A stretch of 63,310 nucleotides of DNA, filler included, from Lenisia limosa (Eukaryota > Protista > Breviatea): assembly GCA_001655205.1 (NCBI GenBank). It is 14 parts of 14 records of this genome, joined end to end, with 100 filler letters (N's around TTAATTAATTAA, not from the genome) between each part and the next. Parts side by side here need not be neighbours in the genome. Positions count along the whole stretch, not along the records: positions 50,621 to 56,327 come from LPNZ01004816.1; positions 56,428 to 59,570 come from LPNZ01005764.1; positions 59,671 to 63,310 come from LPNZ01002392.1; 11 more parts are not named here. The stretch is one strand, 5' to 3'. The stretch's first letter is position 1; each line of letters opens with the position of its first letter. Shown here in pieces: positions 53,601 through 63,285 of this stretch. The notes beneath the pieces were generated by a model. That model was not told where the DNA came from. It saw only the letters and a program-made list of their open reading frames with translations, and searched no databases. Both the position numbers and the translations under genes were made by a program.

Positions 53601-54863
53601 GCAAATTTTATGAAACAAAAAACAACTCTCTTGGCTAAATACACGAAGGCTGAAGTGATCCTTTGTACATAGCACACGCCACAAAAAACAACACATACTA
53701 CCATATCATATAATATAAGTTACAAAATTGGAATAGTATTGTTCAAATTTACCAGTTCCTTGCCTTTCAGAATATCATATCATTTACTATCTGTAAAACA
53801 AACAAAAGTGCAATTGTACAACAAAAGAAAAACGACAATTTGCCAATACTTTACACACGGCCAACCTTGGCCATATCAATTGCCTCTTCGAAAGCAAAAC
53901 GGAGCACGCGACTGCCTTGGGGGGTATTCTCATCCTGAAGAATAAACCCTGAAGTAAATAGGTGATATCGTATGATATACAACATTGACTTTGGTAATCC
54001 ATGCCCCCCCCCCCCNNNNNNNNNNNNNNNNNNNNNNNNNNNNNNNNNNNNNNNNNNNNNNNNNNNNNNNNNNNNNNNNGAATCCAAGAGCTCTTGCGCG
54101 CTCGTCTCAAGGGTCTTGGCAAAAGAGAAAAAGTCAACCGGATGGTTGCCGGCTGACTCCTCAGCAATGTGGTCCAAAACTGACGGGATGAAAATAAAAC
54201 TAATATGGAAGATACATGAAAAACAAAACAAAAGAATAAAAACAAAAACAGCGTATAATACACACATAATTAAGGTATATAGGAGTCTTAATTAATCTCA
54301 AAAATATGACAAAGGTGTTCTGAAAATGTAAGCAGGCATCCATCCACCGCAGTAAAAACCCTTAATTACCTCCCACATATCATCAGCTCATTACCCCCCC
54401 TTACATGGCTGTATTATCAGGTTCAGTTCATGGACAAAGCCTAATCTGGGGTAGCGATCGCCCCAATCTTCGATGGCTCGGTCCAGCTAGGGGGTGAGGA
54501 AATATGGCTCGTACGGGTGGTATTTGTTTTAGCGTNNNNNNNNNNNNNNNNNNNNNNNNNNNNNNNNNNNNNNNNNNNNNNNNNNNNNNNNNNNNNNNNN
54601 NNNNNNNNNNNNNNNNNNNNNNNNNNNNNNNNNNNNNNNNNNNNNNNNNNNNNNNNNNNNNNNNNNNNGCTGTGAATGTTGATAATGAAGCTTTGGTTTG
54701 ATAACCTTGAATCTGAAAATATGGTTATCAGAAGAGATGCAGTGTCAAGTACAAGTGGATGAACGGGAATAAAATGAGGAAGTAAAAAAGAGAAATCAAT
54801 AGCCTCTGATTTACACACCTGTTTCCGCAGCACCAGTGGTGAAAAGGGGTCTTTTTCAGGCAT
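50690..54863 (-). CDS. Multi-exon gene(s) of unknown function; possible start MPEKDPFSPLVLRKQ at 54863
   Basis: AG/GT-bounded exons, e.g. VLDHIAEESAGNHPVDFFSFAKTLETSAQELLD, RLDELTMQCRTPIGLKSGSLHFLRAYIAFFDHDSRDALHE and ALEAVRYRDPQNRALRIMDCFLEARL. Confidence 0.45.
50785..50880 (-). repeat. Repeat family C: intron-end repeat (representative copy)
   Basis: TACCTTTACGCCAATATTC...AATTTCC(T/C)TCGTTTTA-C-tract. Copies at ~49855-49915(-), 51755-51835(+) and a diverged one at ~26483-26560(-). Confidence 0.65.
52733..52804. repeat. 17-bp tandem repeat, 4 copies
   Basis: (TGATGCCTCATTTCAGA)4 with no spacers, in an intron. Confidence 0.9.
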
Positions 54864-55339
54864 TTACATGACCTATAGAAGTATCTTCTACAAAAATTTT
54901 GAGGGAAAGAGAAGCAAGATCTGGAAATTGCGGTACAACTTGACTGCCAATTTATGGTTATTCTATTCGTTATTCCTGTATAAACAAATTGCTAAACCGA
55001 ACGCGTAGATGTTTGTTGGTTTGTAAAAAATTGCAACCCGAAATGCTCTAGTCTATTATCATAATTAGAGGAATCAGCATTGTGTTTTCCCCTGCAAAGA
55101 ATAAATACTGAATATCTCAACGTTATTAATTTATTAATGTAATTATACACAATATATATCAGAACTATCTTAAATACATCTTTAGTTAGGCATTTCACTT
55201 TCTCACAACTCTATTACCTCATTGTTGGACGTTATTTGGCTATTTAAGTAAAATAGTTGAAATGATGTTCATATTTTTCATTGGTGTAATCTCTATCCTT
55301 CCGTGTACTTTGTTTGACGAATACCATGACTATCACCCC

Positions 55340-56160
55340 TGTTGAATCCTACCACGGCGGTCAAACATGGATGGTAAGCATGCTGTTTTATCACTAACAC
55401 TATTTCCATCACGCTTTCCGCAGTTTTCACCCTCCCTAGGTGTTTACAATTCCTCATTCCTCTTTTGTTGTCTAACCTCCTTCTAGGCCTGCAAGACCCT
55501 TATTGAAGACTTCAGCTTGACCTTGAACGACCTTGGAACTCCCAAAGCTGCTCTTAAGGTGATTTGGGCAAATTTTAGGACTGATATTGAATTCCCTTTT
55601 TTCTGATGTATCTGGAAGACTTCTGGATGAATTTCTTTGACTCTTTTATTTCGTACATGGATTTTCTCAAATTTATTTGGTGAACTGATACACCTACCAT
55701 GTACAGTGCAATATCCTATCAATTAGGTTCATCAAGACATTTAGTCAGTTATCTATGCAAATGAATCTGGGGTGCCTTTCACGCAATTTTATGGTTATTT
55801 CAAACTATAGAGAAGTCCCATTGTCTCATTTACACTATTTGACCGGATATTAACCCTGCAGGCAGCGCAAAACGCCTTTCAAGATGTTGGACATTACCCT
55901 GCTACCGATCAAGGTTAGCTAATAGTTAGTGGACAAGCGCATGGTATCCATTTAATGACATACACACACACACATACTAAACTTAGATTTGGCCTAAGTT
56001 TCCCAAAAAGAATTTTATGATGGCCTCCATTGAAGTACCACATATTTCCTAGTATCGTCACTATCCAGAACCAGCCCTGTCGAGTCTCATTGACTTCCTC
56101 TCCGAGGGAATTGAAGAGCACCGCGACGACATCAAATCTGGCCTTCTTCTCGGCAATGGT
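55340..56160 (+). CDS. 5' exons of an unidentified gene, divergent from the previous one
   Basis: Open AG/GT-bounded segments ACKTLIEDFSLTLNDLGTPKAALK, AAQNAFQDVGHYPATDQ and EPALSSLIDFLSEGIEEHRDDIKSGLLLGN. Confidence 0.35.
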
Positions 56161-56689
56161 GCTTCCGAATTGATTGGTGGGGGGGTGGGTCCGAATTGAC
56201 TGGTTAGGGGCCTAAGAATATTATTTGGTTGTTGGGGGCCTACTTTTCCATTCGTTTTGCTGTTCACACTTTTGTCAGATTAATTTGTTCACCATCATCC
56301 CCTTACCCCCCATCCTCCTAAACCCCCNNNNNNNNNNNNNNNNNNNNNNNNNNNNNNNNNNNNNNNNNNNNTTAATTAATTAANNNNNNNNNNNNNNNNN
56401 NNNNNNNNNNNNNNNNNNNNNNNNNNNTCAATACTTAATATGTTATCAAAACTGATCCCCCCCCCCCTACCACTGCATTGGGAGGGAATGACCACAAGTT
56501 AGTTTGCGAGTCACCTGACGCTCACAGCGGTTGTGATCATGACAGACCTACGAAGGAAAAGTTAGGTATTTTACACTTGAGAGGGAATAAGGGAGATACA
56601 GTGAAAGAAGAAAGGATGACCTGGGAAAATAACAACCAACAAAGAAGAATTCCCCCTCATTTTTTTGGTGGTTGTCTTCTTTTTGTTAC

Positions 56690-56800
56690 TCAGAGTTTTC
56701 TGTTGAGGAAAACACCTTGTCAAAAAGCAGAAAACCACTCTCAGGAAAAAAAACTCGGGGTTTTCTTCAAGGAAAACACGAGTTTCCCCGTCAAGGGGCA
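56690..56800 (+). repeat. Repeat family E: dispersed intronic repeat
   Basis: GAAAAC(A/T)CCTTGT.AAAAAGC...CTC.CA.GAAAAAAAACTCGGGGTTTT shared with ~42320-42397. Confidence 0.55.
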
Positions 56801-57532
56801 AAAAGATGGTTTACAAACAGGAGTGAACTATAATACAGTCATTGAAGAGAGAAAGAAAGCAGGGGAAAACACGAGTCCAAGAGGCATAAAGATAGTTTAA
56901 AAACAGGAGTGAACTTAGGGTGGTCATCCAATATATACATATGTTGTCAGCACTTAATCCGATTATTTTCTATTTTTCAAATTTTAGGACACCTTTTATT
57001 ATTTTTAACAAAGTTCGTTCATAGTTTGTTTGTTTCCATGGTTTATTGTTGTGAAGAAAAGAATGAATTGTTCAATTTCCACGTACCAGTTGCTTATACG
57101 ACATTCAAGTGAAAGAGGGATGGGCACCATTCCCATCATTTACTGTAAAAGTTGATGTTAGGTACATTTTATAATATTTACGGGAGCGGCTTAAGTAAAA
57201 GGGGGCTTTTGTAACAAGATCCAGTCTTCACAAAATTGTGATCTTGTTCACTTAAATAAGAAGAGCTTTATTTGAATTTTTTTGGGATTATATTATATTG
57301 CAAAAATATATGTTCAATTAATTATTAAAACCAGTAATACTACCTTAAATAGAGAACTCACCTCAAGGTGGATTACTTTCAAAAAGTAATCATTGATTAC
57401 TTTGCTCCTTTTACCCCTCTTTACTAATGTCACGACCACATATTCCCTTACTAAAGCTATCTGAGGATCTGCCAAGGCGCGAAGTGACCGAGATTGTAAG
57501 CAAGACAATGAAGCATCCCTCACAAAAGGCAT

Positions 57533-58114
57533 GTGGGCGTTGATGGATATGACCCGTTCCTTGTGGACATACATGTAAATGTTTACGAAAAAGGAGAAAC
57601 ATACCGTCCCCTTGATTACCCACTGGTTTCCCACAATTACCCCCGTGCACTCTTCACACATTCCAACATCCATGTACCTCCAAATTCACCAAACCTTTAC
57701 CTCAAAACCCCCGCTGAACCAACATTCCTCAACACTCCCTCAATTCGACAAACTGCAGAATTCCGCAGCTCTATCCAAGCAGTTAAAGAAGATGGAGACC
57801 TTGCGTATGAACAGGCACTTGGACTCCGTGCCAGAACCTTCCTCAAGAATGACCCCCACACAAAAGAGCTCTCCTCTGAAGATCGCAGCTTTTTGGAGGG
57901 TGTTGCGGCCACCATTTCTTCCGTGTCCCTGCGGAATTCACCCGTCTTTGAGTCATCCTCACTCTATACACGTGTACTTATTGAAAGTGATGTAAATCAA
58001 AACATTGTAAATAAGGCTGTTTTCAGCACCTGCCAAGTTGGACCTACAATTATGACGTACAGCGTCCCTGCCAGTTCTACGTTATCAAACCAGGGAGAAA
58101 CTGATAGCACTTAA
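57533..58114 (+). CDS. Intronless 193-aa ORF, unknown; possibly transposon-associated
   Basis: Unusually long uninterrupted ORF for this intron-dense genome, about 460 nt upstream of a pogo-like remnant. No motif recognised. Confidence 0.3.
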   Translation: MGVDGYDPFLVDIHVNVYEKGETYRPLDYPLVSHNYPRALFTHSNIHVPPNSPNLYLKTPAEPTFLNTPSIRQTAEFRSSIQAVKEDGDLAYEQALGLRARTFLKNDPHTKELSSEDRSFLEGVAATISSVSLRNSPVFESSSLYTRVLIESDVNQNIVNKAVFSTCQVGPTIMTYSVPASSTLSNQGETDST

Positions 58115-58576
58115 GCCTGGACAGGTATGTTTTGAAATTGGCGTATCATTTTAGGTTATCGCCAACCCTGAAGAGTTGAAGAGTGAGAGGAAAACTCAGA
58201 ACAAAACGAAGCGCGGATCTATCCAGGGACCTCACCTTGCTTCCCCTGTCAAGATCAAGGCTTCACAAACTCGCCGTCGCAAAGCTCTCATGAAATGAGA
58301 TGATTGAAGCTTTTGTGTTTTTAGGATTTTTTTTATTAATATTTTGAAATTCTTAATATAGTATTTCATAAAATTGTACGAATATTTCAGTGTTTTTGGT
58401 CATTGGTCTGTTTTATTAATTGTCTACTGTTTTTGTTGAANNNNNNNNNNNNNNNNNNNNNNNNNNNNNNNNNNNNNNNNNNNNNNNNNNNNNNNNNCGG
58501 GAGAATTGACCCGCTTTTTGAAATAAATGACCCGCTTTTTTGATGTTACTGACCTTTTTTCAGGTTTAGTCGGTCA

Positions 58577-59500
58577 GAATCTTTCACTAAATATGTCTGT
58601 GGACACTTATCCCAGCAATTGAGACTGATAAAGCGAGGCTTGGTCTGTCACCAGAAGAGTGGGCGTTGTTTCTCAGTGATGGCCACACTTCAAGATATGC
58701 ACATATGATGCTAGAGACACCTCGGCAACACAGAATTCTGATGTACTTACTACCTTCACACACCTCCCAGTGTACAGAGCCACTGGACCTTCTTACATTT
58801 GGAGTTCTGAAATCGTCACTTGCAAAGAATTTGAAAGAACTCTCTTTCAAAAAGAAGCCCGAAAACGTATCTGCAGCAGCATATAAACGTTGCTGTGCAA
58901 TGAAAGGATGTCTTGAAGCACTGCATGTCGCAACATTAAAGCAAAAGACAAAGGCTGCGTTTGCCAGAGGTGGGATTGTTGTGACTGATAATAAAGTCAT
59001 TATTGACCCTCACAAATTTGCACAACATCTACCCAATCCTGATCACGTTTTCGATTCTGCAATTGAGCCACCTCCAAGATCTGCAATCTACTCCTGCGTA
59101 TCAAACACCAGCAACGACAAACAAAGTTATGGCGACAGGAGGAGCTTGCATGTATTGAGTCTGTCGGAGCAAGGGTCACTCCCAAAATGTGTTCACCACC
59201 GCCACCGCTGAATTCATCCGAGAAATTGCAGTTGCCAAGAAAAAAGGTCAAGATGCTTTGATTGCAANNNNNNNNNNTATTGGGTCCATTGCCACAAACT
59301 CTGAAGAACATTGGTCGAAGCGTCTTTTGGAAGAAAAGAAGATTGAAGTAGCCGAAAAGCAATGTGGGTTCTTTCATTATTGTCAGTGTTACTTCATTGG
59401 GTATTAAACGAAGAAAATGGCTGAGGTTAAAAGGCAAAAGAGGAAAGTGGACAGAAGCGGAAAAACGTTGGTGTACATTGTTTTTCTTGATTAAACTCTT
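58577..59500 (+). mobile_element. Pogo/Tigger-like DDE_1 transposase remnant (frameshifted)
   Basis: WALFLSDGHTSRY...ILMYLLPSHTSQCTEPLDLLTFGVLKSSL matches the DDE_1 pattern (D-G/S-H ... LP.H.S...QPLD..F..LK). The reading frame breaks after ~59200. Confidence 0.75.
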
Positions 59501-59570
59501 AAGAAAAGAAAACAAGAAAGCAGTGAAGGTCTGTGGAAAACTTGCTCTCTATTGTGGTTCTGTTTTTGTG

Positions 59571-59670
59571 NNNNNNNNNNNNNNNNNNNNNNNNNNNNNN
59601 NNNNNNNNNNNNNNTTAATTAATTAANNNNNNNNNNNNNNNNNNNNNNNNNNNNNNNNNNNNNNNNNNNN
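59571..59670. other. Artificial contig linker (last of 13), separating eukaryotic from bacterial sequence
   Basis: 44 N + TTAATTAATTAA + 44 N (stops in all six frames). The 12-mer starts at 11467, 14279, 16665, 21352, 24026, 25399, 26898, 38045, 39972, 46249, 50565, 56372 and 59615. Confidence 0.97.
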
Positions 59671-59692
59671 CAATATAACGAAACATTAAACT

Positions 59693-61048
59693 ATGGGACA
59701 TACAAGAAAACTTATTGACCTATCACTTCTCAATATTAATATAGAAAATCCTCGTTTTGAAATGGTGGGAAATCAAAGAGAAGCAATCAAGACAATGATT
59801 GATGACCAAGGCGATAAGTTAACTAAACTCGCAACTGATATTGTCGAAGAAGGCCTAAATCCGGGCGACCCAATTTTTGTAGTCAAACACGAAAAAAAAG
59901 AAGACCAATTCAATATACTTGAAGGTAACAGAAGAGTAACTGCTTTGAAATTATTGGAAAATCCCGACCTTATCCCTGAAACAAAAAAAGCCTTATTAAA
60001 TAAATTTAGAAAACTGTCCGAACAATATAGCAAGTCACCAATTGATAAAATAAACTGTGTGTTTTTTGACAGTGAGGAAGATGCCGAACATTGGATTGAA
60101 TTAAAACACACTGGACAAAATGACGGAATTGGAACTGTTAGTTGGGATGCTCAACAAAAAGCGAGATTTGATGAGCGTGTAAAGGGTACATCAAGTTATG
60201 CTTTACAAGTCATTGACTTTCTTCACAAAGAAAGTACTGTAGAAAAAGATATCAAGTCAAAATTAAAAGACGTTAAATCTTCGTCTTTACAACGTTTAGT
60301 GACAGACCCAGACTTTAGACGAGTAGCAGGTATTGAAATTAAAGATGGAAAAGTTAGAACAAAATACGAACCGAGCGAAGTTGCAAAACCTCTAACTAAG
60401 GCTGTCCGAGATTTATTGAGAAAAGATTTTACAGTAAAAGATATTTACTACAAAGATGACAGACTAAATTATTTAGAGACATTCAAAAAAACTGACCTGC
60501 CAGATAAAACACAAGAATTAGCTGGTAATTGGGAATTAATAAGCACAACACGACCAAAAAAAATTGACCCAAAAAAGGCAGAAAAGACAAAGAAAAAAAG
60601 TACTGCTCTAATATCAAAGAGAAAAACAATTATTCCAAAAAGTACCATTATTCCTATAAGTCAGCCAAGAATTAATAAAATATACCACGAATTAAAAGAT
60701 TTAGATTTATCAGACTTTGAAAATTCTGGTGCGATAACCTTTAGAGTTTTTATAGAGTTGACATTAGATGCTTATTTAGAAATATTTCCTTTGGCTTCCG
60801 TAAATGAAAATAGTAAATTAAGCCACAAATTAAGTAGTGTTGCAAAAGATTTAGAAACTAAAAAAATCCTATCAAAAGACAAGTTAAAAGGTGCTTATAC
60901 TGCGTCTACAATGAAAGATAGTATTTTTTCAATCAACACATTTAATGCCTATGTTCACAATAAAGATTTTCATCCAGAGCCAGAAAGTCTAAAAAAGAAT
61001 TGGGATAATTTAGAGATTTTTTTCGTCAAAATATGGGAGTTAATTTAA
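59693..61048 (+). CDS. 451-aa protein with N-terminal ParB/Srx-like domain and putative C-terminal HEPN-like domain
   Basis: Clean bacterial ORF. N-terminus has NPRF...GLNP...ILEGNRRVTALKLL (ParB-like); C-terminus has FRVFIELTLDAYL...INTFNAYVHN (HEPN-like, inferred). A-rich leader without a Shine-Dalgarno sequence, as in Bacteroidota. Confidence 0.8.
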   Translation: MGHTRKLIDLSLLNINIENPRFEMVGNQREAIKTMIDDQGDKLTKLATDIVEEGLNPGDPIFVVKHEKKEDQFNILEGNRRVTALKLLENPDLIPETKKALLNKFRKLSEQYSKSPIDKINCVFFDSEEDAEHWIELKHTGQNDGIGTVSWDAQQKARFDERVKGTSSYALQVIDFLHKESTVEKDIKSKLKDVKSSSLQRLVTDPDFRRVAGIEIKDGKVRTKYEPSEVAKPLTKAVRDLLRKDFTVKDIYYKDDRLNYLETFKKTDLPDKTQELAGNWELISTTRPKKIDPKKAEKTKKKSTALISKRKTIIPKSTIIPISQPRINKIYHELKDLDLSDFENSGAITFRVFIELTLDAYLEIFPLASVNENSKLSHKLSSVAKDLETKKILSKDKLKGAYTASTMKDSIFSINTFNAYVHNKDFHPEPESLKKNWDNLEIFFVKIWELI

Positions 61049-61986
61049 AAACAAATCATTATTCACCACTTCGCTATCCTGGAGGAAAAGCGAAATTATC
61101 ATATTACGTACAGCTATTAATAGATTATAATTTAATTAATGATGGCCACTATGTTGAGCCATATGCTGGCGGAGCAAGTGTTGCACTTTCACTTTTGTTC
61201 AACGAATTTGTAAGTGAGGTTCATATAAATGACTTTGACAAAAGAATTTATTCATTTTGGAATTCAATTCTTGAAAACACAGACGAGTTTATTGAAAAAA
61301 TAGAAAAAACTGAATTGAACATTCAGAATTGGAAGAGACAAAAAATTATCCAACAAAACTTTGAGAATTATTCAGAAATGGAAGTTGGTTTTTCAACGTT
61401 TTTCCTCAATCGAACAAATAGGTCTGGTATTTTAAAAGCTGGCGTAATTGGTGGAAATGCTCAAGAAGGTAAATGGAAAATGGATGCACGTTTCAATAAA
61501 GAAAATTTAATCCAGCGAATTCAAAAAATTAGTCGTTACAAAAAACGAATAAATCTATATAACGAAGATGCAGTAGATTTAACACAGAAACTTAACAAAA
61601 CACTTCCTCAACAGACACTTTTTTATTTCGACCCACCATACTACAACAAAGGAAAAGATTTATATATTAATTTCTACGAACACGCTGACCATAAACAAAT
61701 CGCTGATATTATTGCAAAACTTAAAAATAGATATTGGTTGGTTTCCTACGACAATGACAAAAATATTAGCGATTTATATTCGAACTTTCTTCAGCGGACT
61801 TATCAATTAAATTATCACGCGAACAATGCAACCAAAGGCACTGAAATAATGATTTATTCAGACAATTTAATTGTTCCCGAAATGAATAATCCAGTAGATA
61901 AAGCTGAATTGAAAGAATTTAATGAAAATGGATTGAAAGCTGATTGGATATATCAACGAAAAAATACTGTGCCCAACAATGTATAA
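61033..61986 (+). CDS. DNA adenine methyltransferase, D12/Dam class
   Basis: SPLRYPGGK, YVEPYAGGASV (motif I), NDFD and FYFDPPYY (motif IV). Overlaps the upstream ORF by 16 nt. Confidence 0.93.
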   Translation: MGVNLKTNHYSPLRYPGGKAKLSYYVQLLIDYNLINDGHYVEPYAGGASVALSLLFNEFVSEVHINDFDKRIYSFWNSILENTDEFIEKIEKTELNIQNWKRQKIIQQNFENYSEMEVGFSTFFLNRTNRSGILKAGVIGGNAQEGKWKMDARFNKENLIQRIQKISRYKKRINLYNEDAVDLTQKLNKTLPQQTLFYFDPPYYNKGKDLYINFYEHADHKQIADIIAKLKNRYWLVSYDNDKNISDLYSNFLQRTYQLNYHANNATKGTEIMIYSDNLIVPEMNNPVDKAELKEFNENGLKADWIYQRKNTVPNNV

Positions 61987-62091
61987 AAATAATAGCGGTT
62001 TAATCGCTAAAACAAAAGTAAGTAAAAATAAAAAAAGGTCAGTGTTTAACTGAAAAGTAAGGGCTTAAAATCCGCTACTATTCTTATACGT
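61971..62091 (+). other. attC-like cassette recombination site (imperfect inverted repeat), truncated by the IS110 insertion
   Basis: GCCCAAC (RYYYAAC, R''-like) at 61971-61977. Arm GTATAAAAATAATAGCGG (61981-61998) is inverted against CCGCTACTATTCTTATAC (62072-62089), 16/18 identical. The methylase stop codon lies inside the left arm. The expected GTTRRRY is replaced by the IS end. Confidence 0.6.
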
Positions 62092-62118
62092 ATTCCAAGG
62101 TAAAAAACAAGTGTTTTT

Positions 62119-63111
62119 TTAATAATTTACAGCTGCTATATTTACAAAGGGCGTACCTCTTTTTATTACTGCAAAACTTCTTGCCAATATTTTGTTTCTA
62201 ACATTGTTTAAGGCTATCATTTTGTGTTTACCTTCTTCGAGTTTTCTATGGTAGTATTTCTTAAGTTCTTGGTCTGATTGAATAGCTGATACGGCTGCCA
62301 TGCTCAATAGGGTCTTCATTTTTCTATCACCTATATAATGGCTCTGTTTTCGCCGCCTTATTGAGCTTCCTGAACTGTACTCGAACGGTGCTATACCACA
62401 ATAACTTGAGAAGGTTCTCCATGTACTGAATTTAATAAAGTTAGAGGTGTGGTAGAGCAATTGGCAGCTAAGTATAAGACCTACGCCTTTTACCGAACGC
62501 AGCAACTCATAGTTTTGCCTTAAGGTATCATCGGTCTTTACCAATGTTTTCATCTGGCTTTCTAAGGCTTCTATTTGTTTGTCTATATGTTTTATAGATC
62601 GTTCTAAAATCTTGCAGCAAACATCTGTGGATGGGCTTGACAGCAAGTGCTTGTTTTCTTTTAATGTAGATTTTAACCCACTTCGATCTCTAACCAATTG
62701 GTCTCTTAATGAGAGTATTCTTCCCAGTTCTTGAAAGATCTGTGGTTTCATATGACTTGGCTGAAGCTCTTCTCTATACATCCATCCGAACCTGGCTATC
62801 ATATAAGAGTCTAGCTTGTCTGTCTTCTCTCTTGTAAGACCTGTACTGCGCTTTATGCGCATAGGACTTTCTTCTACATAACAAACTCCACTTTCTGATA
62901 AAAAAACAGATAGCTTTAGTGAGTAATTGCCCGTATTTTCGAAACATAAAAAATACGAATCACTGCCAACTTGGTGATTTGCCCATTTAAGGAGTTTTGA
63001 ATAACCTGCTCTATCATTGGTAAATACAGCATGATGCTCGCTTTGGTATGCTGTTGCATCTATGGTTTTCTTGGATACATCTATCCCGATTACATCTCTA
63101 ACATTTTTCAT
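62119..63111 (-). CDS. IS110-family DEDD recombinase/transposase
   Basis: VIGIDVSK (D), CFENTG (E), KTDKLDS (D..D), and the Tnp domain GVG...YCGIAPFEYSSG with the catalytic Ser. 330 aa. Confidence 0.95.
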   Translation of the reverse strand: MKNVRDVIGIDVSKKTIDATAYQSEHHAVFTNDRAGYSKLLKWANHQVGSDSYFLCFENTGNYSLKLSVFLSESGVCYVEESPMRIKRSTGLTREKTDKLDSYMIARFGWMYREELQPSHMKPQIFQELGRILSLRDQLVRDRSGLKSTLKENKHLLSSPSTDVCCKILERSIKHIDKQIEALESQMKTLVKTDDTLRQNYELLRSVKGVGLILSCQLLYHTSNFIKFSTWRTFSSYCGIAPFEYSSGSSIRRRKQSHYIGDRKMKTLLSMAAVSAIQSDQELKKYYHRKLEEGKHKMIALNNVRNKILARSFAVIKRGTPFVNIAAVNY

Positions 63112-63129
63112 ATATTTAAAAAAATTATC

Positions 63130-63285
63130 ATTAATGATGTTTTGTAACTATTTCCTTTAATGAGCCAATAGGGCTAGGTATTCCAATTAGTTCTTCAAAA
63201 CATCCTACAAGAGACTGAGAGGACTATTACGTGTAATGGATATTATCTAAAGACCGTTCGAGTTCTCCTCTCTTCTCTTGTTAAA
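63130..63285 (-). ncRNA. Putative IS110 bridge RNA (target-binding loop 63208-63280, donor-binding loop 63136-63204)
   Basis: Two stem/internal-loop/hairpin units. One is GATGTTTTG..AACTA[ATTGGAATACCT]AGCC-CTATT-GGCT[CATTAAAGGAAA]TAGTT..CAAAACATC; the other is closed by CAAGAGA/TCTCTTG and AGAGGA/TCCTCT. Loop segments match the IS end and the flanking DNA. Confidence 0.75.

Noticed and set aside
1-59570. Alternative genetic code or non-canonical introns
   Set aside because: Reconstructed genes end in TAA, the exons I spliced have no internal TAA/TAG, and junctions fit GT-AG.
377-59618. Most ORF-track entries in the eukaryotic part
   Set aside because: They are open only because they cross N runs or are chance intronic or antisense frames; real coding is in short spliced exons.
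59500-59700. Horizontal transfer of the bacterial defence module into the eukaryote
   Set aside because: The junction is an artificial linker, so there is no evidence of physical linkage.
61981-62089. Inverted repeat after the methylase as a simple Rho-independent terminator
   Set aside because: The arms are AT-rich and ~70 nt apart, overlap the stop codon and have no U-tract; an attC-like reading fits better, although it is unproven.
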